DNA from: a virus
Taxonomy: Duplodnaviria > Caudoviricetes
Strand: one strand, 5' to 3'
Length of the DNA: 64,000 nucleotides
IMG/VR virus record: IMGVR_UViG_3300031993_000007
Program-made: the position numbers and the translations under genes
Notes under the pieces: model-generated
Databases searched by the model: none
What the model saw: only the letters and a program-made list of their open reading frames with translations
Told to the model about the DNA's origin: nothing
Part shown: positions 26,377 to 35,984 of the stretch, piece after piece
Layout: each line of letters starts with the position of its first letter
Position numbering within the stretch: the stretch's first letter is position 1

Positions 26377-27393
26377 TTAGTCGTCATCATCGTCAACGAA
26401 GTTTTCCCAACGAGCTTGCTCTTTTGCATCACGGGCTTTCTTCGCTGTTTTTTCTTTTTCTTTTCTTTGGCGCTCTCTGAATTCTCCCATTGTCGGAATT
26501 TGACTCAAGACGTTCTCAATAGCTTCAAGAATTTCCTTGTCAGATTTCTTGATGAGGGAATGGTTGTTACCTTTACGGCAATTGAGATATCGCTTGATGA
26601 ATGCTCGGTGACTGGTCATTTCCATGTCAAAGAGGATGTCATGAGCTTCCTGAGCAAATTTACCAGCTCGGGTATACGTTCCATTAGTATCGAAATCTTC
26701 GAAGTTGCGATCATCGTCACAGAGCTCGTAGCATTTGTTCTCAATGCAGAAATCATAGAATGAATTGTAACCCCAGTCTTGTTCGGGGTGCTTCTCAAGC
26801 CAATCTATGTAATCCTTCGGTGATACCTTTTCTTCATTTGTTCCATAGATATTTTCGAACTGTGCACACAAGCAGGAGGTTATGATTTCATTCTTCCACA
26901 AAGGAATATTGTTGTCTTCTTCGCTGATAAGTTCTCGGACAATTCTGTGCAAATAGTAGTATTTGTCATGGAAGTATTCCCATGACGGTCGTTTCTTATG
27001 GATCTTTTTAAAGAGAGCTTCCTTCTTCTTCAGGCACTCGAATACTGGCCTAAAGATTTCATCGTCAAGCTCTCTTGAAAAGTCTAAGATATTGTGAACA
27101 CCTAGTCTTGCAACACCAGAAGAGCGCATGTCACTATCTGGCCTAAGAATATACAAGCCACTTTCGGGAATGAACGGCTGTTCCTTCCCATTGCTGTCTT
27201 CGTTTCTCTTTATCCAACGGAATGTCGGAATGACTTTCCAGTTATACGAACCGGCGCATTGATAAATGCGACCAGTCTGGTCATCATCCATCATAGCGAT
27301 AGTCGTGTTGCCATCTTTAATTCCAATCGCAAATTGGAGCGGAACTGAGAATGTATCCACACGCTTCTCAGGAGGTTTATTTTCTTTCCACAT
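26377..27393 (-). CDS. Hypothetical protein, possibly the 3' part of a frameshifted gene
   Basis: 338-aa ORF overlapping the upstream ORF by about 100 nt. Confidence 0.65.
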   Translation of the reverse strand: MWKENKPPEKRVDTFSVPLQFAIGIKDGNTTIAMMDDDQTGRIYQCAGSYNWKVIPTFRWIKRNEDSNGKEQPFIPESGLYILRPDSDMRSSGVARLGVHNILDFSRELDDEIFRPVFECLKKKEALFKKIHKKRPSWEYFHDKYYYLHRIVRELISEEDNNIPLWKNEIITSCLCAQFENIYGTNEEKVSPKDYIDWLEKHPEQDWGYNSFYDFCIENKCYELCDDDRNFEDFDTNGTYTRAGKFAQEAHDILFDMEMTSHRAFIKRYLNCRKGNNHSLIKKSDKEILEAIENVLSQIPTMGEFRERQRKEKEKTAKKARDAKEQARWENFVDDDDD

Positions 27394-27806
27394 GTTTCAT
27401 ATCCGAAATCGCTGTAGTCGTATTCGTACGTTGCAGGCAGACGGAGTTGCATTGTAAAGACATCGAAGAATACAGGATACTTATTATAGAAATCATGAAT
27501 GATCTTAAAGATCGATTCAGTCTTTGTGTAGGTTCCGAATCTAAGCTCCTTCATCATCTGAAGCGGATTGTTTCGCAGAATTTCAAAGGCACTTTTGGCA
27601 TCAAGATCGATGACTTGCCTAGAGAAGACACGAGAATAGCTGTCGCCCCAACCACGATTCTTGTTGTTGCGTTTACAATACTTGTCAGCTTCTTCCTTGT
27701 TGCTCTCATGGCCAAAGCCTTCTTCTTCGTAGCCTCTGTCATATTCCATTTTCTCTATGACAAACCATTCGGTCTTGGCATACTTTGTAAGCAGGTTTTC
27801 GCTCAT
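27291..27806 (-). CDS. Hypothetical protein, possibly the 5' part of a frameshifted gene
   Basis: AAGGAG RBS; the last ~33 aa overlap the next ORF. Confidence 0.65.
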   Translation of the reverse strand: MSENLLTKYAKTEWFVIEKMEYDRGYEEEGFGHESNKEEADKYCKRNNKNRGWGDSYSRVFSRQVIDLDAKSAFEILRNNPLQMMKELRFGTYTKTESIFKIIHDFYNKYPVFFDVFTMQLRLPATYEYDYSDFGYETCGKKINLLRSVWIHSQFRSNLRLELKMATRLSL

Positions 27807-27877
27807 TGTTGGTTCTCCTTAGGTTGTTTCTTGGTTTGTGAATTGAAAAAGGACAAGGCCGAAGCCTTGTCCATTGT

Positions 27878-28063
27878 TTAACCTTTGTTAGCTATTGCAT
27901 TGATCGGATTAGCCGAAGAAAGTAACTCCATGACTTTATAATGGCACTTCTCACAGAGTTGAAATTGAAAGAAGGTTCGGCTTCCAGGTTCGGAAGAGAT
28001 TTGCATAGTAGAAAAATCGTCATCACAACCTATCTCTTTGCCGCATCCACTGCAAATAATCAT
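27878..28063 (-). CDS. Small zinc-finger protein
   Basis: CSGC...CEKC; GGAGG RBS. Confidence 0.65.
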   Translation of the reverse strand: MIICSGCGKEIGCDDDFSTMQISSEPGSRTFFQFQLCEKCHYKVMELLSSANPINAIANKG

Positions 28064-28099
28064 TATTTCCTCCCTAGCTTAAGAAAGCTACATTGTAAT

Positions 28100-28407
28100 T
28101 CATTTCCACGCCTTGAATAGACCGATAAATTCTTCGTGGCTAGGAAGTCCAAAATATTCTCGACCGATCTCAATGTCATTACGGCTCACGATGTAGTCTG
28201 CCAGACGGGCAGAGAAGTTGATGTCGTTGACATTACTCGCCAGATAAATCTTTCCTCGAAGAGTCGTAACAAACATGTTCCAAGACTTCTTCAGGTTCGG
28301 ATACAGAGAACTCAAGTCAGAATCTATCACAAAATCGAACACAAATCGGCTGAATTTGTTGAGAATCTTGAGTCCTACGTTCTGCATGAGATTAGGATCA
28401 CTTACAA
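28100..28407 (-). CDS. Family B DNA polymerase subunit, exon 2
   Basis: Splicing gives FRGA-F-VSDP followed by motif A DSDLSSLYP; the two exons total 1950 nt (649 aa). Confidence 0.85.
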
Positions 28408-29219
28408 CATTGTGTTACGAGCAGTCGCTACTTGCTCTCTAATACTTTCGTACTAGTTCAGACTATATTTTACGCTTTAAGCGTTTGTGTCTTTCGAGCT
28501 CGCTTGAGCCCTACTCCCTTGCGGGATAGTCGTTGAACGTTCAAGTTAAGTTTCAGATAAAATTCCAAATTCTTTCTCGGCTTTTTCTCTGTAAGCAATA
28601 GCCATTTCTTTAGCTTTGTCGCCCCATACAGAAATGGAGAAAGTCTTTGTGTACACAATGCCTTGATTGTCTACCCATTGTGTAGCCCATCTTGGAGATC
28701 TTCCATTAGAACCTTTAGAATAAGAGACTCCTGTTCGTCCGATTTTATTCTTCCGTTTACTAATGTTTAGATTGTTCTCTCGATAAGTAACAATTCGCAA
28801 ATTTTCTCTGCGATTATCGAAAGTATCTCTATTAATATGGTCTACCACAAAACCCTTAGGAGGATTTAGTAGAAATCTGTGCAATTTGCAAGTCTTATTT
28901 TCAAACTTGCACGCTACGTAGGGTGTAGGCCCTTTGGCAGTTGTGTCTTTTATGTACCATTGTCGCTGCTGAATCAATTCTTTATCTTTTTTAGATATCA
29001 GAAAAGATCCTTCATGCTTTGTACCTGTGATAAGTACTTTTGTGGTATTTTCGTCAATATCTATGTAAGTATTCATACAAAACATAGTTTGACGAATCTG
29101 ATCTTTAACAAGCTTCGCTGCTGATTGTCCAATCTTAAGAATTGTTACCATTTTATGGTATCTTAAGCTCTAAGGAGTTTCCAGCAATTAACACAATTTA
29201 ACGTGCGCATGTAAAATTT
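28408..29219 (-). mobile_element. Group I intron in the DNA polymerase gene
   Basis: P1: exon GTGCGT pairs with GCGCAC (U-G at the splice site); P AATTGCTGGAA, Q AATCAGCAG, R TTCAACGACTA, S AATATAGTC; terminal G at 28408. Confidence 0.9.
28546..29076 (-). CDS. Intron-encoded HNH homing endonuclease with an AP2-like C-terminal domain
   Basis: LHRFLL..VVDHINRDTFDNRRENLR, then TGVSY..W..KTFSI..WG..AKEMAIAYR; start uncertain (29076 or 29085). Confidence 0.88.
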   Translation of the reverse strand: MNTYIDIDENTTKVLITGTKHEGSFLISKKDKELIQQRQWYIKDTTAKGPTPYVACKFENKTCKLHRFLLNPPKGFVVDHINRDTFDNRRENLRIVTYRENNLNISKRKNKIGRTGVSYSKGSNGRSPRWATQWVDNQGIVYTKTFSISVWGDKAKEMAIAYREKAEKEFGILSET

Positions 29220-30861
29220 ACGCACCACGGAACTTCTTCTTTTTGGTCGCCTTCGTAACCATACTCTGTTCTTCAGGATTTTCCTCTTCCTCTTCTTCGT
29301 CGTCGTCATCTGGAGAGGATTCTTCTACCTGATCAAGGAGGCTAGTGGTCTGATCCATAAGCTTTTTATATTCATCAAGCTCTGGCTCTTGGTTCATCGG
29401 CACACCGTGCTGACGTTCATAGGCTTCAGCGATCTCTGCAAGAACCTTGACATGGTTGTTGGTCATCACCAGATGTTCGTAGTCCAACCAGAAGTACTCC
29501 AAGAAGTTGCGGAGCATGGTGGTCTTGGTGAGACACTTTTCGGCTCTAGTGCGAGACAGCTTACCCAGCATGATCATAGTATCGCTGATGTTAGCCTTGC
29601 CATCTGCCCAGAACATACCCATCGTATCGATTGCAGAGTACTTCACGAATAACTTGTAATCCTTGTATGGAAATTCGTGCATTTCATAGTCATCATGCTT
29701 CACCTTGGTGATACCGATTTCGGTACGGAGCACATAGTCAAGGTTAGTCTCTTCAGGCTTCTTAATACTTTCACGAGCCTTAAAGTAAGAGAACTGCAAA
29801 TCCAGAACGGCATAGTCCGTTGCAAAGTTGTACTTGTCATTACGCTTAGCCACATCCTTGGCACTATAGTCGTTGACATAATAACTGTTGCGATACTCTA
29901 TTGGGATATTGTCCGTAGCGATGATGTCCTGCATACGGGTGAAACCAACCTTCTGTTCTAGTCTGTTCATCAAGAAGGTATGGTCGAAGCCTTGGTTGAA
30001 GGCGAGCAGATAATCCGGATGGAAGACTTCGTTCATATCACGGTAGTGCTCAGTGATAAGATCTTCTTCTCTGGAATAGAACTTGATAACCACATTGATA
30101 TGCGGCATTGGCTTATCCTTGAAGATAGACTTTTGAGTCTCATTCACATAATCTTCAAGTTCCTTGCGGTTCTCTTCAAGGTGAGCCTTAAATTCTTGAA
30201 TTAGAGGATTTGGAGCCACACACTCATTCGGATCCGAGTCATCCAACAACCTGATAACTTCCGTGTTGGTACGGCTATCAAAGAATGAGATTGCATTGAC
30301 TGGAGTACAAGCCTCTTCGCCGGGAACGAATCTACCGACAGCATAGTTGTCGGTTTCGATATCGAAGTAGCACTTGTTGAGCTTGGTTAGGTGATCTTCA
30401 TTGGTTTCGTCAGCTCCGTGCTCACGAATGAATCGCCCGATATAATGGTCTACCAAGTCGGCATCAATCCCATGAACATGGTTTAACAGCATCAAGTTGT
30501 TTGGTCGGACTCTTTCACGACGGCAAGCATTAAGATACTGACGGTTCTTTGCAGCATTTACCGGATCAAATTCTTCTTGTAAGTCAATAATGGCATCATA
30601 AGCCTCATCATAGCCGCACTCAACTTCTTCGGTATCCTCTTCAGGAATCACCAGCAATTCTTGGCCCTTGTATTTTTCGATGGCATCGAGCTTGGTAGTC
30701 CTAAAGCGGATCGTAGGATGTTGGTCTATATCAATACGCTTTTCACCGTCTTCGTAATAGATTGTGGCGATCGCTTGATCGTTAAACTGATCAGGATTTT
30801 TCAATCTCTTGACGGTAATCAGTTTGTATTTGTGGTCAGTGGGTGTTTCAGCCATATTCAT
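29220..30861 (-). CDS. Family B DNA polymerase subunit (3'-5' exonuclease region), exon 1
   Basis: ExoI YFDIET, ExoII AFNQGFD, LDYVL..EIG, ExoIII YSAID; ends at FRGA. Confidence 0.88.
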
Positions 30862-31046
30862 TCCTTATTAAACCAATCTGAAAATTTCTTATTGCGAATC
30901 AGTAAAAGAGCTATCAGGGAGCAGAACAAATGTCCAAAGACGATCCCGTCCTCATTTCCAAAGAGAGTCGCAAAAGCGAATACTATAATGATCCATACGC
31001 AGATTATGCACATGAATTTAAAATCTTTCTTGTCATTGTGTTTCAT
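30858..31046 (-). CDS. Small two-TM membrane protein
   Basis: GAGG RBS; ATGA overlap with the polymerase gene. Confidence 0.6.
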   Translation of the reverse strand: MKHNDKKDFKFMCIICVWIIIVFAFATLFGNEDGIVFGHLFCSLIALLLIRNKKFSDWFNKE

Positions 31047-31091
31047 AGACAACCTCAATTAAGAGTCCGTCCATACTGAAGATACCAGTAT

Positions 31092-31412
31092 CTAGGCATT
31101 CAATAGGCCTTTTAGCATTTCGCCAGCTTCGGTTTCACTGAGAGCTGATACTGTTTCAGGCAGATCGCTAATCAGCAAATCTCGAATAAGTGTTGTCCAC
31201 GTTTCTACTCCCTCAACAGCTACCATAGGAATATCCTTATAAAGTTTGGGCTTTTTAGCTTTAGTCAGTATAGCTCTATGCAAAATTGGAAAGAGAGGCG
31301 AGTTTTTTCCATCTATGAAAATAGAGTTTGTTGTCATAAAGACCACCCACTCGATGGTATTTGGGGCAACAACACACTTCGCTACGACCTCTAAATTTGC
31401 TAAATCTTTCAT
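31092..31412 (-). CDS. Hypothetical protein
   Basis: GAGGTG RBS; TATATTAT at 31439-31446. Confidence 0.7.
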   Translation of the reverse strand: MKDLANLEVVAKCVVAPNTIEWVVFMTTNSIFIDGKNSPLFPILHRAILTKAKKPKLYKDIPMVAVEGVETWTTLIRDLLISDLPETVSALSETEAGEMLKGLLNA

Positions 31413-31476
31413 AATCACCTCTAAAGATTTTACAAAAAATAATATAATGCTTAGCCGAAGCTAAGCATTATACGGA

Positions 31477-32352
31477 TTACAGGGCGAGCCAAGTAGCAAC
31501 CTTTTCACCCATAGTTTCGAAGTATTTATCCCAGATTTCAACAACGTCCGACTTGCGCTTTACGTCATCCATCTTGATCTCACGCTTCGACTTAGGACTG
31601 AGAGTCATGACATCGTGGTAAGCAGAAGCGATGAAGTTTGCGCCTAGGCCGCTGTGAGCAACCCAGTTGTCAAGAATCTCATCAGCCACGCCAATAAGAC
31701 TCTTCTGGCCAGTGTACTCAGCATTGGAACGAGTCATACCAGTATCAAAAGCCAGAATACGGAATTGCTCTGGACGGAGGCCGCACTTCTTAGTAACACC
31801 AGCTCCAAGAGCGATCACCGGATTGTTCATCCAAAGTCCGCCGTCGGCATACCAGAGTTTATCCTTCTCGGGGCTGTCGAAGTACTTCGGGGCAGAACAG
31901 CTCGTCAAGATGGCAAACCACTGATCAACTTCCTTATCCCAAGAGTCAAAAATCTTGTCTTGGTTTTCACGGTTGCGGATGACAGAAGGAATAAAAATAG
32001 GCTTCTTGAAATCGCACATCTTGCCTTTGAAGTACTTCTGAAGGATGCTCTTCAGGTAGCTGTTGTCATACGTCGCACAACCTTTTCGAGTGAGCTTCTT
32101 GACGAAAGAAAATTCGGTAAAGATTTTCTTGAGGTTCTTGTCATAGAGATCGTAGATGTCCATAGACTGCATACCACTCGCAAGACCTGCGGCGATAATA
32201 GAGCCGGTACTGGTACCTGCAAAAGCGAATCCGACATCGGACATCTTTTTACCAAGTAGGACTTCAAGGCGAGACATGAAGTGCGCAGGGCCAATGCCAA
32301 GCATACCGCCGCCACTAATAGAAATGCCGACTACACGTTTGATATCACTCAT
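31477..32352 (-). CDS. Patatin-like phospholipase
   Basis: SGGGMLG, GTSTG (catalytic Ser), SAPKYF, DGG (catalytic Asp), NNP. Confidence 0.9.
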   Translation of the reverse strand: MSDIKRVVGISISGGGMLGIGPAHFMSRLEVLLGKKMSDVGFAFAGTSTGSIIAAGLASGMQSMDIYDLYDKNLKKIFTEFSFVKKLTRKGCATYDNSYLKSILQKYFKGKMCDFKKPIFIPSVIRNRENQDKIFDSWDKEVDQWFAILTSCSAPKYFDSPEKDKLWYADGGLWMNNPVIALGAGVTKKCGLRPEQFRILAFDTGMTRSNAEYTGQKSLIGVADEILDNWVAHSGLGANFIASAYHDVMTLSPKSKREIKMDDVKRKSDVVEIWDKYFETMGEKVATWLAL

Positions 32353-32475
32353 TTTGAGTCTCCTTTAAAATTTTTGATTTTTCAAGATCCTGCTCTTTAG
32401 GATCATCTAGTTTAATAGGTTTGTCTAGTTCTTCGTTGTTCATAGAATGCCTATATCCGAGGTGAAACAAGTTCA

Positions 32476-33276
32476 TTACGAAGAGGCAGAGTTATCGAAT
32501 TGAACCACTTCGATATCTTTGTCACGGAATTTAGCAGTAAGCAACCCATCTTCAGAAGAGATAATTGTAGCTCGTTCATCTGGAGAAATTCCAAGCAACT
32601 CAAGGTCAAACAGTTCTGTATTTTCAACAGTACTATTCTCAAGGTCTATAATGAAGATCTTTCCGGTAGAATCACAGACTACTTCATAGACATCAGTCTT
32701 TGGCTTGAATTCCTCGCTCTCTACGCATTTTTCAGTTTCGTCTTCCTTAGCCTTCGGAGGTTCATACGGCCTTCCGGCGAATTCATTGAGCTCGTTTTCA
32801 GCTGTAGAGACTGGTTTTGTATCACCAGCTAGTTCGGCATCAATCATTTCTTCGAATTCAGCCTCTTCGACTGCGTTCTTAGTAGGCTGTTCCTTTTGAA
32901 CCTTCTCGTAGTTCATGCCATTCATACTCAAGACTTCAAGGATCTTATAGACCGGAATTTCGTTATCTCCACCTCCATTTAGCATCTGCATCTGGACAGC
33001 CTGTTTAAACCTTTCTTTCTTAATGGCTTGTCTGGCCTTAATTAGAGACAGTTTTTGGCTCTTTATGGATATGAGGTTTGCAGTCTGCATATGCGTAAAG
33101 CTAAGACTGCCTCTAGCTCTGCTAGCTCGAATTCTGTCTAGTTCCGTCTTGGAAGTATTATACAGGTCATCAATATCTTTAAGCTCTCTATCGATCGCTT
33201 CGATGTCTTCATCGTAATTCTCTGGAGTTATACCCAGAGAACCCGGATCTGCCGGAAGATTAGGAGTGTCTGACAT
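32476..33276 (-). CDS. Hypothetical acidic coiled-coil protein
   Basis: 266-aa ORF in operon orientation. Confidence 0.72.
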   Translation of the reverse strand: MSDTPNLPADPGSLGITPENYDEDIEAIDRELKDIDDLYNTSKTELDRIRASRARGSLSFTHMQTANLISIKSQKLSLIKARQAIKKERFKQAVQMQMLNGGGDNEIPVYKILEVLSMNGMNYEKVQKEQPTKNAVEEAEFEEMIDAELAGDTKPVSTAENELNEFAGRPYEPPKAKEDETEKCVESEEFKPKTDVYEVVCDSTGKIFIIDLENSTVENTELFDLELLGISPDERATIISSEDGLLTAKFRDKDIEVVQFDNSASS

Positions 33277-33326
33277 AGGTGGGTATCCTTACAAAAAATA
33301 AGCGCTGTGCTAGACAGCGCCAAATC

Positions 33327-33737
33327 TTATCGTTTAATCTGATTTTGCATCGGATTAGGGCCAGCCGGATTACCAAAGCGCTCGTGAACAACCTTAGCAA
33401 CGTCTTTAGACTTAAGACCACCTTGGGCCATCACGATTCCTCTTGCAATACCATAGTATTTCTGACGAATCTTGGCTCTCCAGAATCGGCTAAGTTTGAA
33501 GAACTTCTTGAACTTGAAGTACATCGGATCGTTCTTAAGCTTTGCAATTAGCATTGTAGTCTTGTGGATCTTCTTATCCACGAGATTCTGGACTGTCCAG
33601 TTCTGGCGAACAATAGCCACGCCTTCGCTAGCCGGAGTATCTTCATCTTCGGCCAAGATTTCATTCAGCAGCTCACGATCATCAACGCTCATTTGAGCTA
33701 AGATTTCATCGATTTCAGAATTTGTAGGTATAGACAT
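33327..33737 (-). CDS. Small late protein, probably a head protein (acidic N-terminus, basic C-terminus)
   Basis: Late promoter AACTTTTGATTG at 33756-33767; the acidic leader ending in A-S-E resembles a prohead-protease propeptide. Confidence 0.6.
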   Translation of the reverse strand: MSIPTNSEIDEILAQMSVDDRELLNEILAEDEDTPASEGVAIVRQNWTVQNLVDKKIHKTTMLIAKLKNDPMYFKFKKFFKLSRFWRAKIRQKYYGIARGIVMAQGGLKSKDVAKVVHERFGNPAGPNPMQNQIKR

Positions 33738-33769
33738 GAGAAGTTCCTTTTGTTACAATCAAAAGTTTC

Positions 33770-33905
33770 AAAAAAGGAAGCGGCATATTTAACCCCTCTA
33801 GCGCACATGCCGCTTCCGGCCAGCCAAAGGCTTTAACTGGCCAAAGTAAATGCGGGATCCCACCTCATGCGTAAGGTGAGATCCCGCCCTGTCCTGGAGG
33901 TACAG
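33770..33905 (-). ncRNA. Structured RNA region (three consecutive hairpins, the last a terminator)
   Basis: 16-, 11- and 13-bp stems whose five non-Watson-Crick pairs are all G-U on the minus strand. Confidence 0.5.
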
Positions 33906-33922
33906 AAACTCTTTAGCAAATG

Positions 33923-34036
33923 CTAGTCATCTTCATCGTCTTCGTCGTCATCTTCATTTCGACCTTTCCTATACTCAGACCTTTCTTCTTCAGGATCTCT
34001 GCTGTATTTGCCATCGATAAAGACCATATCTATCAT
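33923..34036 (-). CDS. 37-aa acidic peptide MIDMVFIDGKYSRDPEEERSEYRKGRNEDDDEDDEDD
   Basis: GAGG upstream; below the ORF-track length cutoff. Confidence 0.5.
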   Translation of the reverse strand: MIDMVFIDGKYSRDPEEERSEYRKGRNEDDDEDDEDD

Positions 34037-34135
34037 TTAAAAGCTACCTCTAGGGTTTTCGGATACCATTACCCGAAGGGCCTATGTCTATTCCTTTCAT
34101 AAGCGCATAGTTAAATATAAAGCCTAATATGAAAA

Positions 34136-34603
34136 TTATACGGGTTTCTCAATTTCACTTTCTCTGGCTTTAACTTCTTCCTTGAGGTATCCCAGTAGCT
34201 CTGCGTCATAGTCTGACCAGTTAGCGACTTCAAACAGATAGAGCTTAGACTCCAAGATTTCTCGCTTAATCTTGTCTGGCAGAGACGAAAAGCTACCATC
34301 CCCGATACGGCCTAAAGGCAACGTATTAGGAACTGTCAACTTTTCATTGATCCACCATCCAAGTCCTGCAAGCTTATCTCGACCGTACATCCATCGGTTT
34401 GTAGAGGTTTCACGGACTAATACCCTATCGCTTTCACCCAGACACAAGTCTGAAAGTGGTTTGTAAAACGCTTCTGGATTAGTAGGCGGCTTGGAGAGAT
34501 CCAAGCCGAACCATTTTTGGGTATAGGCTTCACGAACGGTCAAAATGGTCATTCCGACTTCGGTCTCATCCGACTTTTCGGATGTTTCGTTCCTGTTTAC
34601 CAT
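34136..34603 (-). CDS. Hypothetical protein
   Basis: GGAG RBS before ATG 34603. Confidence 0.65.
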   Translation of the reverse strand: MVNRNETSEKSDETEVGMTILTVREAYTQKWFGLDLSKPPTNPEAFYKPLSDLCLGESDRVLVRETSTNRWMYGRDKLAGLGWWINEKLTVPNTLPLGRIGDGSFSSLPDKIKREILESKLYLFEVANWSDYDAELLGYLKEEVKARESEIEKPV

Positions 34604-35279
34604 AGTTAAGCTCCGTAGGATTATTACCAAATCGCTGAAGTTTGCAGTTCTCTTCAAGGAATGGATGAGCAACCCCAAGCAGATGGTTCATAGCCATAGC
34701 ACATTCGTATGTAATCTTGAAAGATCCATATTCAAATTGTGCTCTAAACCAAGTCTCCGGATCGGCCCCGTCTTCCTCGCCACTAGCGAGCCAGTCTGCG
34801 GCCATTTCGATCAGATCCAAGTATGTAATCGGAGAAGAATCATCACGGCTTGGATCTCCCATCGGAATTTCATACGGCAGACGAATAACACGGCCTTTGT
34901 AGAATTCCAGATGGTGAGGATTAGAAGTCCGGTGCGAGATCACCTTTTCTTCAATAATCTTCATTGTTTCTTCGTCATACTTGAATTCGCTGTGCTTCGC
35001 AGTATACCGAGCAGCATAGTAACTTCCAAGTCCGTCTTCGAAGTTCAGCTTGTCCATGTCATGTTCGGATCCGATAGTCTTAGCTCGTTCCCAAACTAAA
35101 CCTTTTAGAGCAGGATTCTCATTGACGATTCTGCTCCAGATATCTCCGGTCTTTCCAAAGATAAAGACCTCGAAATACAAAATCTTGAAATATTCCTTCA
35201 CTAAAGCTTGGTGAAGCTTTATCTTTTTCGTATAACCGCTGATTCCCCAATCAGGAATCACAATTTGAGACTTAGCCAT
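34566..35279 (-). CDS. DUF5662-like (HD-like) protein
   Basis: HQ...HDMDK...H...NPHH.EF...DLIEMAADW. Confidence 0.65.
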   Translation of the reverse strand: MAKSQIVIPDWGISGYTKKIKLHQALVKEYFKILYFEVFIFGKTGDIWSRIVNENPALKGLVWERAKTIGSEHDMDKLNFEDGLGSYYAARYTAKHSEFKYDEETMKIIEEKVISHRTSNPHHLEFYKGRVIRLPYEIPMGDPSRDDSSPITYLDLIEMAADWLASGEEDGADPETWFRAQFEYGSFKITYECAMAMNHLLGVAHPFLEENCKLQRFGNNPTELNYGKQERNIRKVG

Positions 35280-35984
35280 ATGTCAGAACCTTCTTTTGAT
35301 GAAATGTTGAACACCCAAATCCCTACAGAAGATAGCATTAATGTAACGCATGATGCTGAAAATTCTGAAGTCTCCGGGAGTGTATTCAAAGAATTGTTTT
35401 ACCGGACTGAAGTTCTCGACGGCGCAGAATTCACAAGAATCATAAAGGCTATTGAACGAATGGTACGATCAAGCGAAGAATATAACACCTTTATCTACCA
35501 CGTTCATAATGAGCTTGGATTAAAGACTTGTGCTGTGCTGGGTGCCGTTGGATCTGATGACGATAATTGCACTATTGAGGTAGACCACTACCCGTTCACG
35601 CTCTTTGATATTTGCTCGGCGGTAGTGAACCGCTATATCAGACTTCATACTCCGTTCAATACAATGATGGCGGCTCATGAAGTCATGAAGCTTCATTACG
35701 ACATGAAGGTTGGGTTTACTTGTCTATCCAAGACGTTGCACGAGCTTCGCCACAAAGGTAAGGTATTCATCAATCTTAAGCAAGTCTGCGGAGACTTCAT
35801 GGCCTTTGCCCAAGAGTACGCTCAAGATATTGATCCTGAAACTGTTGAAAACCTTTCAAAGCTTGTCGAGTTAAGTAAGACAGATGCTCCTATCAATCCA
35901 GATCCTGATTTCTTAGCTGTGCGAAGCCAGAGATTCTACGACCGAAATGATACTCCAAAACTTGAACTGGAGGCTGAAGAATGA
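35280..35984 (+). CDS. HNH-like fold protein, paralog 1
   Basis: C..IEVDHYPFTLFDI...HY...VG...LSKTLHELRH. Confidence 0.65.
   Translation: MSEPSFDEMLNTQIPTEDSINVTHDAENSEVSGSVFKELFYRTEVLDGAEFTRIIKAIERMVRSSEEYNTFIYHVHNELGLKTCAVLGAVGSDDDNCTIEVDHYPFTLFDICSAVVNRYIRLHTPFNTMMAAHEVMKLHYDMKVGFTCLSKTLHELRHKGKVFINLKQVCGDFMAFAQEYAQDIDPETVENLSKLVELSKTDAPINPDPDFLAVRSQRFYDRNDTPKLELEAEE

Noticed and set aside
25938-27806. DP/NP-like strings in 25938 (VAVDPNGY) and 27291 (LRNNPLQMM), also PncB (QIDPMTK) and 44310 (LLDPTENL)
   Set aside because: Outside the 32-56 aa C-terminal window or inside known folds, so not counted as module members. They show that the dipeptide alone is not diagnostic.
29218-29220. Stop-codon reassignment or readthrough at the polymerase TAA and the RNAP TAG (47197-47199)
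   Set aside because: Both stops are explained by group I introns; other genes end normally at TAA, TAG and TGA.
29260-29320. GAA/GAC-rich repeat-like tract
   Set aside because: Encodes an acidic linker in the polymerase; not an independent repeat element.
33770-34120. tRNA or canonical tmRNA
   Set aside because: No cloverleaf, T-loop GTTCGA or CCA acceptor end was found.
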